DNA of 64,000 nt from an uncultured bacterium (GTDB lineage: Bacteria > Actinomycetota > Geothermincolia > Geothermincolales > Geothermincolaceae). Position 1 is the stretch's first letter, and every line of letters starts with the position of its first letter. A program made the translations under genes and the position numbers. The notes under the pieces were generated by a model. It was not told where the DNA came from and ran no database searches. It saw nothing but the letters and a program-made list of their open reading frames with translations. The stretch is from positions 191,113-255,112 of the forward strand of contig CAVXXD010000005.1 of the NCBI GenBank assembly GCA_963765625.1, in the 5' to 3' direction. Positions 44,274 to 53,339 of the stretch are shown one piece after another.

Positions 44274-46031
44274 CTATAAAATCTTGAGGTGGAGTTCGCG
44301 CATCTGCTGCGGGTAGAGCACGTCGGGGGCGCCGGTGAGCAGGCAGGCGCCCGACTGGGTCTTGGGAAAAGCGATGACGTCGCGGATGTTGTCCCGGCCG
44401 GCCAGCAGCATCACCAGGCGGTCCAGCCCGAAGGCCAGCCCGCCGTGGGGCGGCGCGCCGAACTCAAGGGCCTCGAGCAGGTGTCCGAACTTCTCCCGCG
44501 CCTCCGCCTCGTCTAAGCCCAGCAGTTTGAAGATGCGCTCCTGCACGTCGCGGCGGTGGATACGGATACTTCCGCCTCCCACCTCGTTGCCGTTCATCAC
44601 CAGGTCGTAGGAGTCGGAGAGGGCCGCGGTGGGGTCCTCTTCCAGCTTGTCCAGGAACTCGGGTGAGGGGCTGGTAAAGGGGTGGTGGTTGGACTTGTAG
44701 CGCTTTTCCTCCTCGTCCCACTCAAAGAGGGGGAAATCCACCACCCAGAGGAAGGACCATTCCGTCGAGGGCTCGAGGGAGAACTTCTCCACACAGTGCT
44801 TGCGCAGCCGTGCCAGCCATTCGGAGGTCTTGCGGAAATTGCCCACCATCAGCAGGCCGACGTCCCCGGTTTCCAGGGCCAGGGCCTCACGGAGCGCGGC
44901 TTTCTCTCCGTCCGAGAAGAACTTGGCCATGGGCGATCGCAGTTCCGTGCCTTGGTCCGCGACCACCCAGATGAGGCCGGAGGCACCCAGGCCCTTGGCG
45001 TAGTCCACCAGTTCGTCCAGGACCTTGCGGGAGGGCGCCTTGGCCCCCTCCACCTTGAAGCCCCGGATGAGTTCGCCGGCGGCCAGGGCCGACTGGAAGA
45101 GCTGCACGCCGCTCTGGTCGAAGACAGCGGTCAGGTCTGAGATGAGCATGCCGTAGCGGGGGTCGGGGCGATCGTCGCCGTAGAGTTCCATGGAACGCTG
45201 CCAGGTGATGCGCTCGATGGGCAGGGGGAGTTCCTCTCCCTTGACCTCTCGGAAGAGGTGGGCGAACATCCCCTCCATGCAGGAGATAACGTCGCCTGCG
45301 TCGACGAAGGACATCTCCAGGTCGATCTGGGTGAACTCGGGCTGCCGGTCGGCCCGCAGGTCCTCGTCACGAAAGCACTTTACGATCTGGTAGTAACGGT
45401 CGTATCCGGCTACCATCAGCAGCTGCTTGTACAGCTGAGGAGACTGGGGAAGGGCGTAGAAATGACCGGCCTGCAGGCGGGAGGGAACCACGAAGTCGCG
45501 GGCGCCTTCCGGGGTGCTCTTGCCCAGCACCGGTGTCTCGATGTCGATGAAGCCCTCGCCGTCGAGGTAGTTGCGGACGGCGCGGGTCACCGCGGCGCGC
45601 AGCATCATAACCTGCTGCATCTCGGGGCGGCGCAGGTCCAGGAAACGGTGGCGCAGGCGCACGGATTCGTCCACCCCGACGCCGTCCAGGATCTCGAAGG
45701 GCGGGGTGCGGGATTCGGAGAGCACCTCCACCTCCGACACCCACAGCTCGACTGAGCCGGTGCCCAGGTTGGGGTTGACCGCGTCGGCCGGACGCGCCTT
45801 GACTTCGCCGCGGCACGCCAGCACGTACTCGCCGCGCACGCCGTGAGCCATGCCGTGCGCCGTCTCGCTGGCCGCGGGATTGAAGACCACCTGCACCAGC
45901 CCGGTGCGGTCGCGCAGGTCGATAAAGATGACCCCACCGTGATCGCGCCTGGTGTGGACCCAGCCGCAGACCGTTACTTCCTGCCCGGTATGATCGGAGC
46001 GCAGTTCCCCGCACATCAGTGTTCTTTTCAT
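44274..46031 (-). CDS. aspS: Aspartate--tRNA ligase
   Basis: 585 aa; OB-fold N-terminus, class II motifs (FRDEDLRADRQPEFTQID, GGGSIRIH). Confidence 0.95.
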   Translation of the reverse strand: MKRTLMCGELRSDHTGQEVTVCGWVHTRRDHGGVIFIDLRDRTGLVQVVFNPAASETAHGMAHGVRGEYVLACRGEVKARPADAVNPNLGTGSVELWVSEVEVLSESRTPPFEILDGVGVDESVRLRHRFLDLRRPEMQQVMMLRAAVTRAVRNYLDGEGFIDIETPVLGKSTPEGARDFVVPSRLQAGHFYALPQSPQLYKQLLMVAGYDRYYQIVKCFRDEDLRADRQPEFTQIDLEMSFVDAGDVISCMEGMFAHLFREVKGEELPLPIERITWQRSMELYGDDRPDPRYGMLISDLTAVFDQSGVQLFQSALAAGELIRGFKVEGAKAPSRKVLDELVDYAKGLGASGLIWVVADQGTELRSPMAKFFSDGEKAALREALALETGDVGLLMVGNFRKTSEWLARLRKHCVEKFSLEPSTEWSFLWVVDFPLFEWDEEEKRYKSNHHPFTSPSPEFLDKLEEDPTAALSDSYDLVMNGNEVGGGSIRIHRRDVQERIFKLLGLDEAEAREKFGHLLEALEFGAPPHGGLAFGLDRLVMLLAGRDNIRDVIAFPKTQSGACLLTGAPDVLYPQQMRELHLKIL

Positions 46032-46068
46032 GATCGGATCTTTCTCGCTAATCTTGCTACGTACTTCC

Positions 46069-47307
46069 CTACATTATATGGTCCCACAAGGACTCGTGGG
46101 AGACCTGCTCCTGGCTCGAGGACACCATGTCGCGAACACTGTAGAACCCGCTGGCCAGTTCGTCCTCACCGATCACCACTACCCAGCGGTAACCGGAACG
46201 GTCCGCCGCCTTCATCTGTGCTTTGACGCTTCGCTCCAGGCTGTCGAGCTCCGCCGGCAGGCCGCGCCGGTGGGCTTCCTCCAGCAGGGCGAAAGCGCGG
46301 TGCCGGGGCTCACCGGGCATGGCTACTATGTAAGCGCCCTCGAGGGTCTCTTCTTCTTCCTTCTCGAGATGCTCCACCACACGCTCGATGCCGATGGAGA
46401 ATCCGGTGGAGGGGGTGTCTTTGCCGCCGTAGGAAGCGATGAGATCGTTGTAGCGCCCGCCAGCCGCCAGGGTGTTCTGAGCGCCCTCGCCGGGGCGTTG
46501 GAATTCGAAGACGGTGCGGGTATAGTAGTCGAGGCCGCGCACCAGCCCGGGCTCCAAGGTGTAGTCCACTCCGGCCATGTCCAGATAACCCCGGAGGTCC
46601 TCCAGGTGCTCACGGCATGCTTCGCAAAGGTGCCCGGTGATACGGGGGGCGTCCCCGATGGCCTTGCGGCAGGCCTCCACCTTGCAGTCGAAGATGCGAA
46701 GGGGATTGACCTCCAGGCGCCGCTTGCAGTCACCGCAGAGATCTCCGCTGATGCCCGAGAAATAGTCGCGCAGGGCCGCGACGTAGGCGGGGCGACACTC
46801 GCGGTCTCCGACGCTGTTGACCAGGAGCCTGAGGTCCCCGATACCCAGTTGCTTGAAGAAGCGGTCGCAGAGAGCGATGACCTCGGCGTCGGCCACGGCC
46901 TGGGCGCTGCCGATGAGCTCCACGCCCAGCTGATGGAACTGGCGGTAGCGGCCGGCCTGGGGACGTTCGTGCCTGAACATGGGCCCGTGGTAATAGAGTT
47001 TCACGGGCAGGCCCCGCTCGGCCAGGTTGTGTTCGACGAAGGCGCGCGCCACTCCCGCCGTGGCTTCCGGCCGCAGGGTCAGGGAGCGGCCCCCTTTGTC
47101 TTCGAAGGTAAACATCTCCTTGGAGACGATGTCGGAGCCTTCGCCTATGCCGCGGACGAAGACCTCGGTGGCCTCCATAACCGGCAGGATGATCTCGCGA
47201 AAGCCATATAACCGGAAGAGTTCCTGCGCCGTGCCCATGACCCGGCGCCAGGCCTCACTCTCGGGGGGGAGTACGTCCTTGATCCCCTTGGGCGCCGACC
47301 ACTTCAC
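46069..47307 (-). CDS. hisS: Histidine--tRNA ligase
   Basis: 412 aa; HisRS motifs (YHGPMFRHERPQAGRYRQFHQ). Confidence 0.92.
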   Translation of the reverse strand: MKWSAPKGIKDVLPPESEAWRRVMGTAQELFRLYGFREIILPVMEATEVFVRGIGEGSDIVSKEMFTFEDKGGRSLTLRPEATAGVARAFVEHNLAERGLPVKLYYHGPMFRHERPQAGRYRQFHQLGVELIGSAQAVADAEVIALCDRFFKQLGIGDLRLLVNSVGDRECRPAYVAALRDYFSGISGDLCGDCKRRLEVNPLRIFDCKVEACRKAIGDAPRITGHLCEACREHLEDLRGYLDMAGVDYTLEPGLVRGLDYYTRTVFEFQRPGEGAQNTLAAGGRYNDLIASYGGKDTPSTGFSIGIERVVEHLEKEEEETLEGAYIVAMPGEPRHRAFALLEEAHRRGLPAELDSLERSVKAQMKAADRSGYRWVVVIGEDELASGFYSVRDMVSSSQEQVSHESLWDHIM

Positions 47308-47951
47308 GACAGCCTCCTGCGGTCCAGCCCCACCAGGTAGGGATTGCTCTTCTTCTCCTTGCCCAGGGTGGTCTCCGGACCGTGCCCGGGATGGATGACG
47401 GTGTCGGGGGGCATGTCCCAGACTTTTTCGTAAACTGCGTCCAGCAAGGCCTCCAGTGAACCGCCGCGTAGGTCGGTCCGGCCGATGGAACCTTCGAAGA
47501 TGAAGTCGCCGCAGAAGAGATGGCCGGGCAGGTGGAACGATACGCCACCCGGGGTGTGGCCGGGCGTGTAAAGCGTCTTCAGCACCAGCTGCCCTACCAT
47601 GAACTCGTCACCTTCCTGTAGTTCCTGCACTTCCCGGGGGCGGTTGGGTATGACCCCGGCCTGCAACCCCAGCAGGAGGTGCCGGCGACTGGCCACCCCG
47701 CTCGCGTCCAGCGGGTGTATGAAGACAGGCGCCCCGGTGGATTCGGACAGGGACCCGGCCCCGGCAGCGTGGTCGGCATGGCCGTGGGTGAGCAGGATGG
47801 CCTTGAGCTTGAGGTCGTGCTCCCGCAAGGCCGCGGATATCCTCTTCACTTCACCCGCCGGGTCGATGACCACAGACTCTCCGCCCGGCGTGTCCGCCAG
47901 GACGTAGCAATTGGTCTCGAGCATGCCCAGCACCAGGCGCTTTAATATCAC
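47304..47951 (-). CDS. MBL-fold metallo-hydrolase (glyoxalase II-like)
   Basis: 215 aa; THGHADHAAG metal-binding motif. Confidence 0.75.
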   Translation of the reverse strand: MILKRLVLGMLETNCYVLADTPGGESVVIDPAGEVKRISAALREHDLKLKAILLTHGHADHAAGAGSLSESTGAPVFIHPLDASGVASRRHLLLGLQAGVIPNRPREVQELQEGDEFMVGQLVLKTLYTPGHTPGGVSFHLPGHLFCGDFIFEGSIGRTDLRGGSLEALLDAVYEKVWDMPPDTVIHPGHGPETTLGKEKKSNPYLVGLDRRRLS

Positions 47952-47985
47952 TTTTTCCTCCGTTCACCGTCCGGGTTCTGGATAA

Positions 47986-48447
47986 TTATAAACCAACCCC
48001 CGGTTGCTGTCTGCTGTCGAGCATGAGGGTGACCGGGCCGTCGTTGACCAGCTCCACCCGCATGTGGGCGCCGAAAACACCGGCCGCGGGCTCGAGCCCT
48101 CGTTCGCGCAGCTTCTCCAGGAAGAGCAGGTAGAAGGGTTCCGATTTTTCCGCCGGGGCCGCCCGGACATAGCTGGGGCGGCGGCCTTTGCGGGCATCGC
48201 CGTACAGGGTGAACTGTGACACCACCATGATCTCGCCTTCCACGTCGGCCAGGGAGAGGTTCATCTTCCCCTCGCCGTCTCCGAAAACGCGGAGGGAGAG
48301 TATCTTTTCGACCATCCAATCCAGGTCTCTCTCTTCATCTTCGACGGAGACCCCCAGCAGTACCAGCAGCCCCGGCCCGATGCGGGAGATCTCTTCCCCG
48401 TCCACCGCGACGGTACTATTACTTACACGTTGTAATAATGCTCGCAT
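47986..48447 (-). CDS. dtd: D-aminoacyl-tRNA deacylase
   Basis: ~153 aa from ATG 48447 (MRALLQRV...) with GAAGGAG SD; SQFTLYGD motif. The ORF-track upstream extension overlaps rel and is rejected. Confidence 0.85.
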   Translation of the reverse strand: MRALLQRVSNSTVAVDGEEISRIGPGLLVLLGVSVEDEERDLDWMVEKILSLRVFGDGEGKMNLSLADVEGEIMVVSQFTLYGDARKGRRPSYVRAAPAEKSEPFYLLFLEKLRERGLEPAAGVFGAHMRVELVNDGPVTLMLDSRQQPGVGL

Positions 48448-48460
48448 GGGCGCTCCTTCG

Positions 48461-50626
48461 TCACTTGGAGGGGATAACGCGGTAGGCACTGAAGATGTTC
48501 TCGATCTTGGTGATGTTGCGCAGGATGTCTTCCAGGTGTGCGATATTGCCCAGCTCGAAGGTGAAGCGGCTGATGGAGAGGCCCTCCCGGTTAATGGTCA
48601 TGGTGGCGGAGATGATGTTGACGTGGAACTCCCCCATCACCGTGGTGATGTCGCGCAGCAGGCGCGGCCGGTCCATGGCCTCGACCTTGATCTCCACCTG
48701 GAAGGTGGTGGACTGCGCCGCATCCCAGCTGACGTCGATCTCGCGGTAGTCCTGCTCGCGCATGTGCATGGCATTGGGGCAGTCGCCGCGGTGTACGCTC
48801 ACCCCGCTGCCGCGGGTGACAAATCCGACGATCTGGTCGGGAGGGACGGGGTTGCAGCAGCGCGCGATGCGCACCAGCACGTTTTCCACTTCCTCCACCT
48901 TGACCCCGCGGCTGAAGGCGGGGAGCTTGTGGGGCAGGATGGGCTTGGACGGCTGCGGCTCCTCCACCTCTTCCGGCAGAAGCCGGGAGCCGATGCGGGC
49001 CGAGACCTGTATGGGGGAGGTCTTGCCCGCCCCGATACTGGCCAGGAGATCGTCTGTGGAGAGGAAGTTGTAATCGTCTTTGGCCACTTCCCCCAGGAGG
49101 CCGCCGGTAAAGACCTTCTGCAGGGGCAGGTGAGCCTTGCGCAGGGCCTTCTGGAGCATCTCACGGCCCTCCGCCGCATCCTCCACCTTGCGATCCCGGC
49201 TGAACCACTGGCGGATCTTGGTCCTTGCCCGGGGGGAGACAGCTATTTTCATCCAGTCCTGGGAGGGGCCGGTGGAGGTCTTGGAGGTGATGATCTGGAC
49301 GATGTCGCCGTTGTTGAGCTGGTATTCCAGGGAGACGATGCGATCGTTGACCTTCGCTCCCACCAGGGCGTGACCTACCTCGGTATGGATGGCGTAGGCG
49401 AAGTCGATGGGGGTGGAACCACGCGGCAGGGTAACCACGTCCCCCTTGGGGGTAAAGACGAAGACCTCCGCCTGGAAGAGGTCCATCTTCAGGCCCTCCA
49501 TGAACTCCCGGGGGTCGCGCAGGTCGCTCTGCCACTCCAGTATACCCTTGAGCCAGCCGAGCCTCTCCTTGATCTGGTCACGCGAGCGCTGGGTCTCCTT
49601 GTACTTCCAATGGGCGGCGATGCCGTATTCCGCCGTGCGGTGCATCTCCTCGGTGCGTATCTGTATCTCCAGGGGGCGCCCTTGCGGCCCCACCACCGTG
49701 GTGTGCAGGGACTGGTACATGTTGAACTTGGGCATGGCGATGTAGTCCTTGAACCGCCCGGGCAGGGGTTTCCAGAGGGCATGGGCCACCCCCAGCACCG
49801 CGTAGCAATCCTTGACGTTGCGGGTTATCACCCTCACCGCGAAAAGGTCGTAGATCTCGTCGAACTCCAGTCCGCTGGTTATCATCTTGTTGTAGATGCT
49901 GTAGAAATGCTTGACCCGGCCGCTGATCTCCGCATCGATCTTTAAGGACTTGAGCTGCTTCTGGAGGTTCTCGGCAACTTCCTTGACGTAGGCCTCCCGC
50001 TCCGGCCGCCGCTGATTGACCATCTGCTGGATCTCCTGGTAACGCAGTGGGAAGAGGGTGGCGAAGGCCAGGTCCTCGAGCTGCCAACGTAACTGGGTGA
50101 TACCCAGGCGGTGGGCGATGGGGGCATAGATGTCCAGGGTCTCGCGCGCCTTCTGCCGCTGCTTCTCCTCCGACAGGTGATATATAGTGCGCATGTTGTG
50201 CAGGCGGTCAGCCAGTTTTATAAGGATGACCCGGGTGTCCTCGGCCATGGCCACGAAGAGTTTGCGCAGGGTCTCGGCCTGGGCCGCCTCCCTGCTCTCG
50301 AAGTTGATCTGCTCCAGCTTGGTGACCCCGTCGATGATGGAGGCGACCTCCTCGCCGAAGAGCTCGCGGACATCGTCCAGACCCGCGCTGGTGTCCTCCA
50401 CCACGTCGTGCAGGAGGGCCGCAGCGATGGTGATGGAGTCCAGGTGAAGGTCGGCCAGAGTCATGGCCACCTCCAGGGGGTGCTGGATGAAGTCCTCGCC
50501 ACTGTAGCGGTACTGGTTCTGGTGATGAGTGCTGGCGTACTCGAAGGCCTCCTTTATCAGTCGGAGGTCACCTTTGCTGTCGTATGACTTGACCTTGCCG
50601 GTAAGGCTCTCGATGGTCTGGGGCAC
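48461..50626 (-). CDS. rel: Bifunctional (p)ppGpp synthetase/hydrolase Rel
   Basis: 721 aa; HD hydrolase, synthetase, TGS and ACT domains. Confidence 0.92.
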   Translation of the reverse strand: MPQTIESLTGKVKSYDSKGDLRLIKEAFEYASTHHQNQYRYSGEDFIQHPLEVAMTLADLHLDSITIAAALLHDVVEDTSAGLDDVRELFGEEVASIIDGVTKLEQINFESREAAQAETLRKLFVAMAEDTRVILIKLADRLHNMRTIYHLSEEKQRQKARETLDIYAPIAHRLGITQLRWQLEDLAFATLFPLRYQEIQQMVNQRRPEREAYVKEVAENLQKQLKSLKIDAEISGRVKHFYSIYNKMITSGLEFDEIYDLFAVRVITRNVKDCYAVLGVAHALWKPLPGRFKDYIAMPKFNMYQSLHTTVVGPQGRPLEIQIRTEEMHRTAEYGIAAHWKYKETQRSRDQIKERLGWLKGILEWQSDLRDPREFMEGLKMDLFQAEVFVFTPKGDVVTLPRGSTPIDFAYAIHTEVGHALVGAKVNDRIVSLEYQLNNGDIVQIITSKTSTGPSQDWMKIAVSPRARTKIRQWFSRDRKVEDAAEGREMLQKALRKAHLPLQKVFTGGLLGEVAKDDYNFLSTDDLLASIGAGKTSPIQVSARIGSRLLPEEVEEPQPSKPILPHKLPAFSRGVKVEEVENVLVRIARCCNPVPPDQIVGFVTRGSGVSVHRGDCPNAMHMREQDYREIDVSWDAAQSTTFQVEIKVEAMDRPRLLRDITTVMGEFHVNIISATMTINREGLSISRFTFELGNIAHLEDILRNITKIENIFSAYRVIPSK

Positions 50627-50727
50627 CGCCGCACCTTCTTCTAACGCAATATTGTTACAGTATGAATAATTTTAGCTCTTTTTATCTATGATACCCCATA
50701 AGTAAAGGTTCGTCCCTGACGCTTATG

Positions 50728-50755
50728 TTGACCCATGAGTAACTTATGTGATAAT
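50728..50755 (+). promoter_or_regulatory. Putative sigma70 promoter for the plus-strand acyl-CoA dehydrogenase pair
   Basis: TTGACC (50728-50733), 16-nt spacer, TGtGATAAT extended -10 (50750-50755) in the divergent AT-rich region between rel and the first ACAD. Confidence 0.4.
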
Positions 50756-50872
50756 ATTTCTTCGTCGTGTTGCAAGGAAGTAGCTTATCAGGCATATTAA
50801 TTGGGTATATTGATCGGGTAATAAGGCTGTTCCGCACTTTTAACAACGAGGGAAGAAAAGGAGGGAGTGTTT

Positions 50873-51982
50873 ATGGTTTCGTTCGATCTTAGCGACGAAC
50901 AACGCATGGTTCAGGAGACCGTGGCCTCATTCGCTGTCGACCAGATCGAGCCGCTGGCGCACGAGAGCGAGGAGGGGCACGCGGTCCCCGAGGAGGTCAT
51001 CGCCAAGGGATGGGAGCTCGGCCTGGTGGGCGGCTGCATCCCCGAGGAATACGAGGGCTTCGGTGATGGTTTGTCGGCCCTCACCAACATCATCGCCATG
51101 GAGGAACTGGCCGCCGGGGACATGGCCATCGCCATGCACCTGATGTCCCCCACCGCCTTCGCCTACGCCGTGCTGGACCAGGGCACCGAGGAGCAGAAGA
51201 AGGAATTCCTCCCCGGTTTCTGCGGCGAGGCCTTCAAGCCCTCCAGTTGCGCCCTGGTTGAGCCCAAGTACGACTTCTGCCCTTCCGCCATCTTCACCAC
51301 GGCGGAGAGGGAATATGGCGAATACGTCCTCAACGGCCAGAAGTGCCTGGCCGTGCTGGCCGCCGAGTCCGACCTGCTGCTGGTCTTCGCGGCGACCGCC
51401 CCGGGCATGGGCTTCGCCGGTGTGGATGCCTTCATCCTGCCGGGCGGCACCAAGGGCATGGAGATCGGCGAGCGCGAAAAGAACATGGGCCTGAACGCCC
51501 TCTCCACCTACCCCGTCACCTTCAAGGACTGCCGCGTCCCCGCCACGTCCAAACTGGGCGGCGAGTCCGGCAGCGACTTCCTGCGGCTTCTTTCCCGCTC
51601 CCGCCTGGCCCTGGCCGGCCTGGCGGTGGGCATGAGTAAAAGAGCCGTGGCCCACTCCCGCGATTACGCCCGCGACCGCGTGGCCTTCGGAGAGCCCATC
51701 GGCAGCCGCCAGGCCATCGCCTTCATGCTGGCGGAGATGGCCATCGAAGTTGACGCTACCCGCTTGCTCGCCTGGGAAGCTGCCTGGCGGGCCGACGGCG
51801 GTATGGACTTCACCAGGGAAGCAGCCATCGCCAAGAACTACGCGGCGGACATGGCCATGATGGTGGGCGACCGCAGTGTGCAGATCATGGGCGGCCACGG
51901 CTACATCCGGGAGAATCCGGTGGAGTTGTGGTTCCGCAACGCACGCGGCATGGCCACCTTCGAAGGCATGGTAATGGTATAA
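50873..51982 (+). CDS. Acyl-CoA dehydrogenase family protein (subunit 1)
   Basis: ~369 aa from ATG 50873 (GGAGGGAG SD 6 nt upstream; ORF-track GTG 50867 less likely); ACAD N-terminal, middle and C-terminal signatures. Confidence 0.8.
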   Translation: MVSFDLSDEQRMVQETVASFAVDQIEPLAHESEEGHAVPEEVIAKGWELGLVGGCIPEEYEGFGDGLSALTNIIAMEELAAGDMAIAMHLMSPTAFAYAVLDQGTEEQKKEFLPGFCGEAFKPSSCALVEPKYDFCPSAIFTTAEREYGEYVLNGQKCLAVLAAESDLLLVFAATAPGMGFAGVDAFILPGGTKGMEIGEREKNMGLNALSTYPVTFKDCRVPATSKLGGESGSDFLRLLSRSRLALAGLAVGMSKRAVAHSRDYARDRVAFGEPIGSRQAIAFMLAEMAIEVDATRLLAWEAAWRADGGMDFTREAAIAKNYAADMAMMVGDRSVQIMGGHGYIRENPVELWFRNARGMATFEGMVMV

Positions 51983-51999
51983 GGGAGGGGGATGGAATA

Positions 52000-53250
52000 A
52001 TGATAGATTTCGAACAATCACCGAAGATCCGCGCCACCAAGAACATGATCCACATGTTCGCCGAAGGCGCCATGCGTCCCGTCGCCCGCCAGTACGACGA
52101 GCAGGAGCATGAAAAGCCCCGCGAACTCTTCAAGATGGTCCAACAGGTTATGAAGGGCGGCCTGGGCGGAATGGGCGGCGGAGGCGACAAGAAGGCCGAG
52201 GGCGATAAGCCCGAAGGGCCGAGGAAGCCCCGCGAAACCCAGATGCTCAATTCCATCACCGTGGAGGAGATATTCTGGGGAGACGCCGGCATCGCCCTGG
52301 CCATCCCAGGCGGCGGCCTGGGCGGCGCGGCGGTGGAAACCAGCGGCACCCCGGAGCAGAAGGAGAAGTTCCTGGCCCGCTTCGCGGGGGACGAACCCTG
52401 CTGGGGCGCCATGGCCATCACCGAGCCCGAAGCAGGTTCCGACTCCGCCGCCATCAAGGCCACCGCGGTACTGGACGGCGACGAGTGGGTGCTCAACGGC
52501 GAGAAGATCTTCGTCACCTCGGGCAAGAGCGCCCTGGAGGACTCCGAGGGCTTCGTGGTAGTCTGGGCCACCATCGACCGTTCGGCCGGCCGCGCCGGCA
52601 TCAAGCCCTTCATCGTGGAAGGCGGCGCCCCGGGACTGCAGATAACCAAGATCGAGGACAAGATGGGCATCCGCTGCTCGGACACCGTCTCCCTCTCCCT
52701 GATGGACTGCCGCATCCCCAAGGAGAACATCCTGGGGAGCGCGGAGGTAATGGACAAGACCAAGACGGAAGGCTTCAAGAAAGTCATGGCCACCTTCGAC
52801 GCCACCCGCCCCATGGTGGCGGCCATGGCCATCGGGGTGGGACGCGCCGCGCTCGACTTCCTCAAGGCGCACCTCTCGGAGCAGGGAGTGGAGATCCGCT
52901 ACGGCATCAACCCCAACAACATGACCGTGCTGGAGCGGGAGATCATCCAGATGGAGGCTAACCTCAAGGCGGCCCGCCTGCTGACCTGGCGGGCGGTGTG
53001 GATGCTGGACAACGGCATCCGCAACGACCTGGAGGCTTCCATGGCCAAGGCCAAGGCGGGTTCGGCCGTCTCCCACATCACCCAGAAAGCGGTGGAGCTG
53101 ATGGGGCCGCTGGGCTACTCCCGCGAGCTGCTGCTGGAGAAATGGATGCGCGACTCCAAGATCAACGACATCTTCGAGGGCACCGGCCAGATCCAGTTGC
53201 TGATCACCGCCCGCCGCCTGCTGGACTTCGGACGCGACCAGTTGAAGTAA
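52000..53250 (+). CDS. Acyl-CoA dehydrogenase family protein (subunit 2, with Gly-rich insertion)
   Basis: ~416 aa from ATG 52000 (MIDFEQSPKI..., AGGGAGGGGGA SD). The ORF-track N-terminal extension overlaps the upstream gene. ACAD fold with inserted GGLGGMGGGGDKKAEGDKPEGPRKP segment. Confidence 0.8.
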   Translation: MIDFEQSPKIRATKNMIHMFAEGAMRPVARQYDEQEHEKPRELFKMVQQVMKGGLGGMGGGGDKKAEGDKPEGPRKPRETQMLNSITVEEIFWGDAGIALAIPGGGLGGAAVETSGTPEQKEKFLARFAGDEPCWGAMAITEPEAGSDSAAIKATAVLDGDEWVLNGEKIFVTSGKSALEDSEGFVVVWATIDRSAGRAGIKPFIVEGGAPGLQITKIEDKMGIRCSDTVSLSLMDCRIPKENILGSAEVMDKTKTEGFKKVMATFDATRPMVAAMAIGVGRAALDFLKAHLSEQGVEIRYGINPNNMTVLEREIIQMEANLKAARLLTWRAVWMLDNGIRNDLEASMAKAKAGSAVSHITQKAVELMGPLGYSRELLLEKWMRDSKINDIFEGTGQIQLLITARRLLDFGRDQLK

Positions 53251-53261
53251 ACGACGCGGAT

Positions 53262-53295
53262 ACGAGAGAGGCGGGCCGGAAGGCCCGCCTCTTTT
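53262..53295. terminator. Bidirectional rho-independent terminator between convergent ACAD operon and secF
   Basis: AGGCGGGCC-GGAA-GGCCCGCCT hairpin followed by TTTTCTTT on the plus strand; lies between the plus-strand stop (53250) and the minus-strand secF stop (53340). Confidence 0.45.
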
Positions 53296-53339
53296 CTTTG
53301 TGATATTCTCTCCCCGCGAGGACTCTCGCCCCGTAAGGG

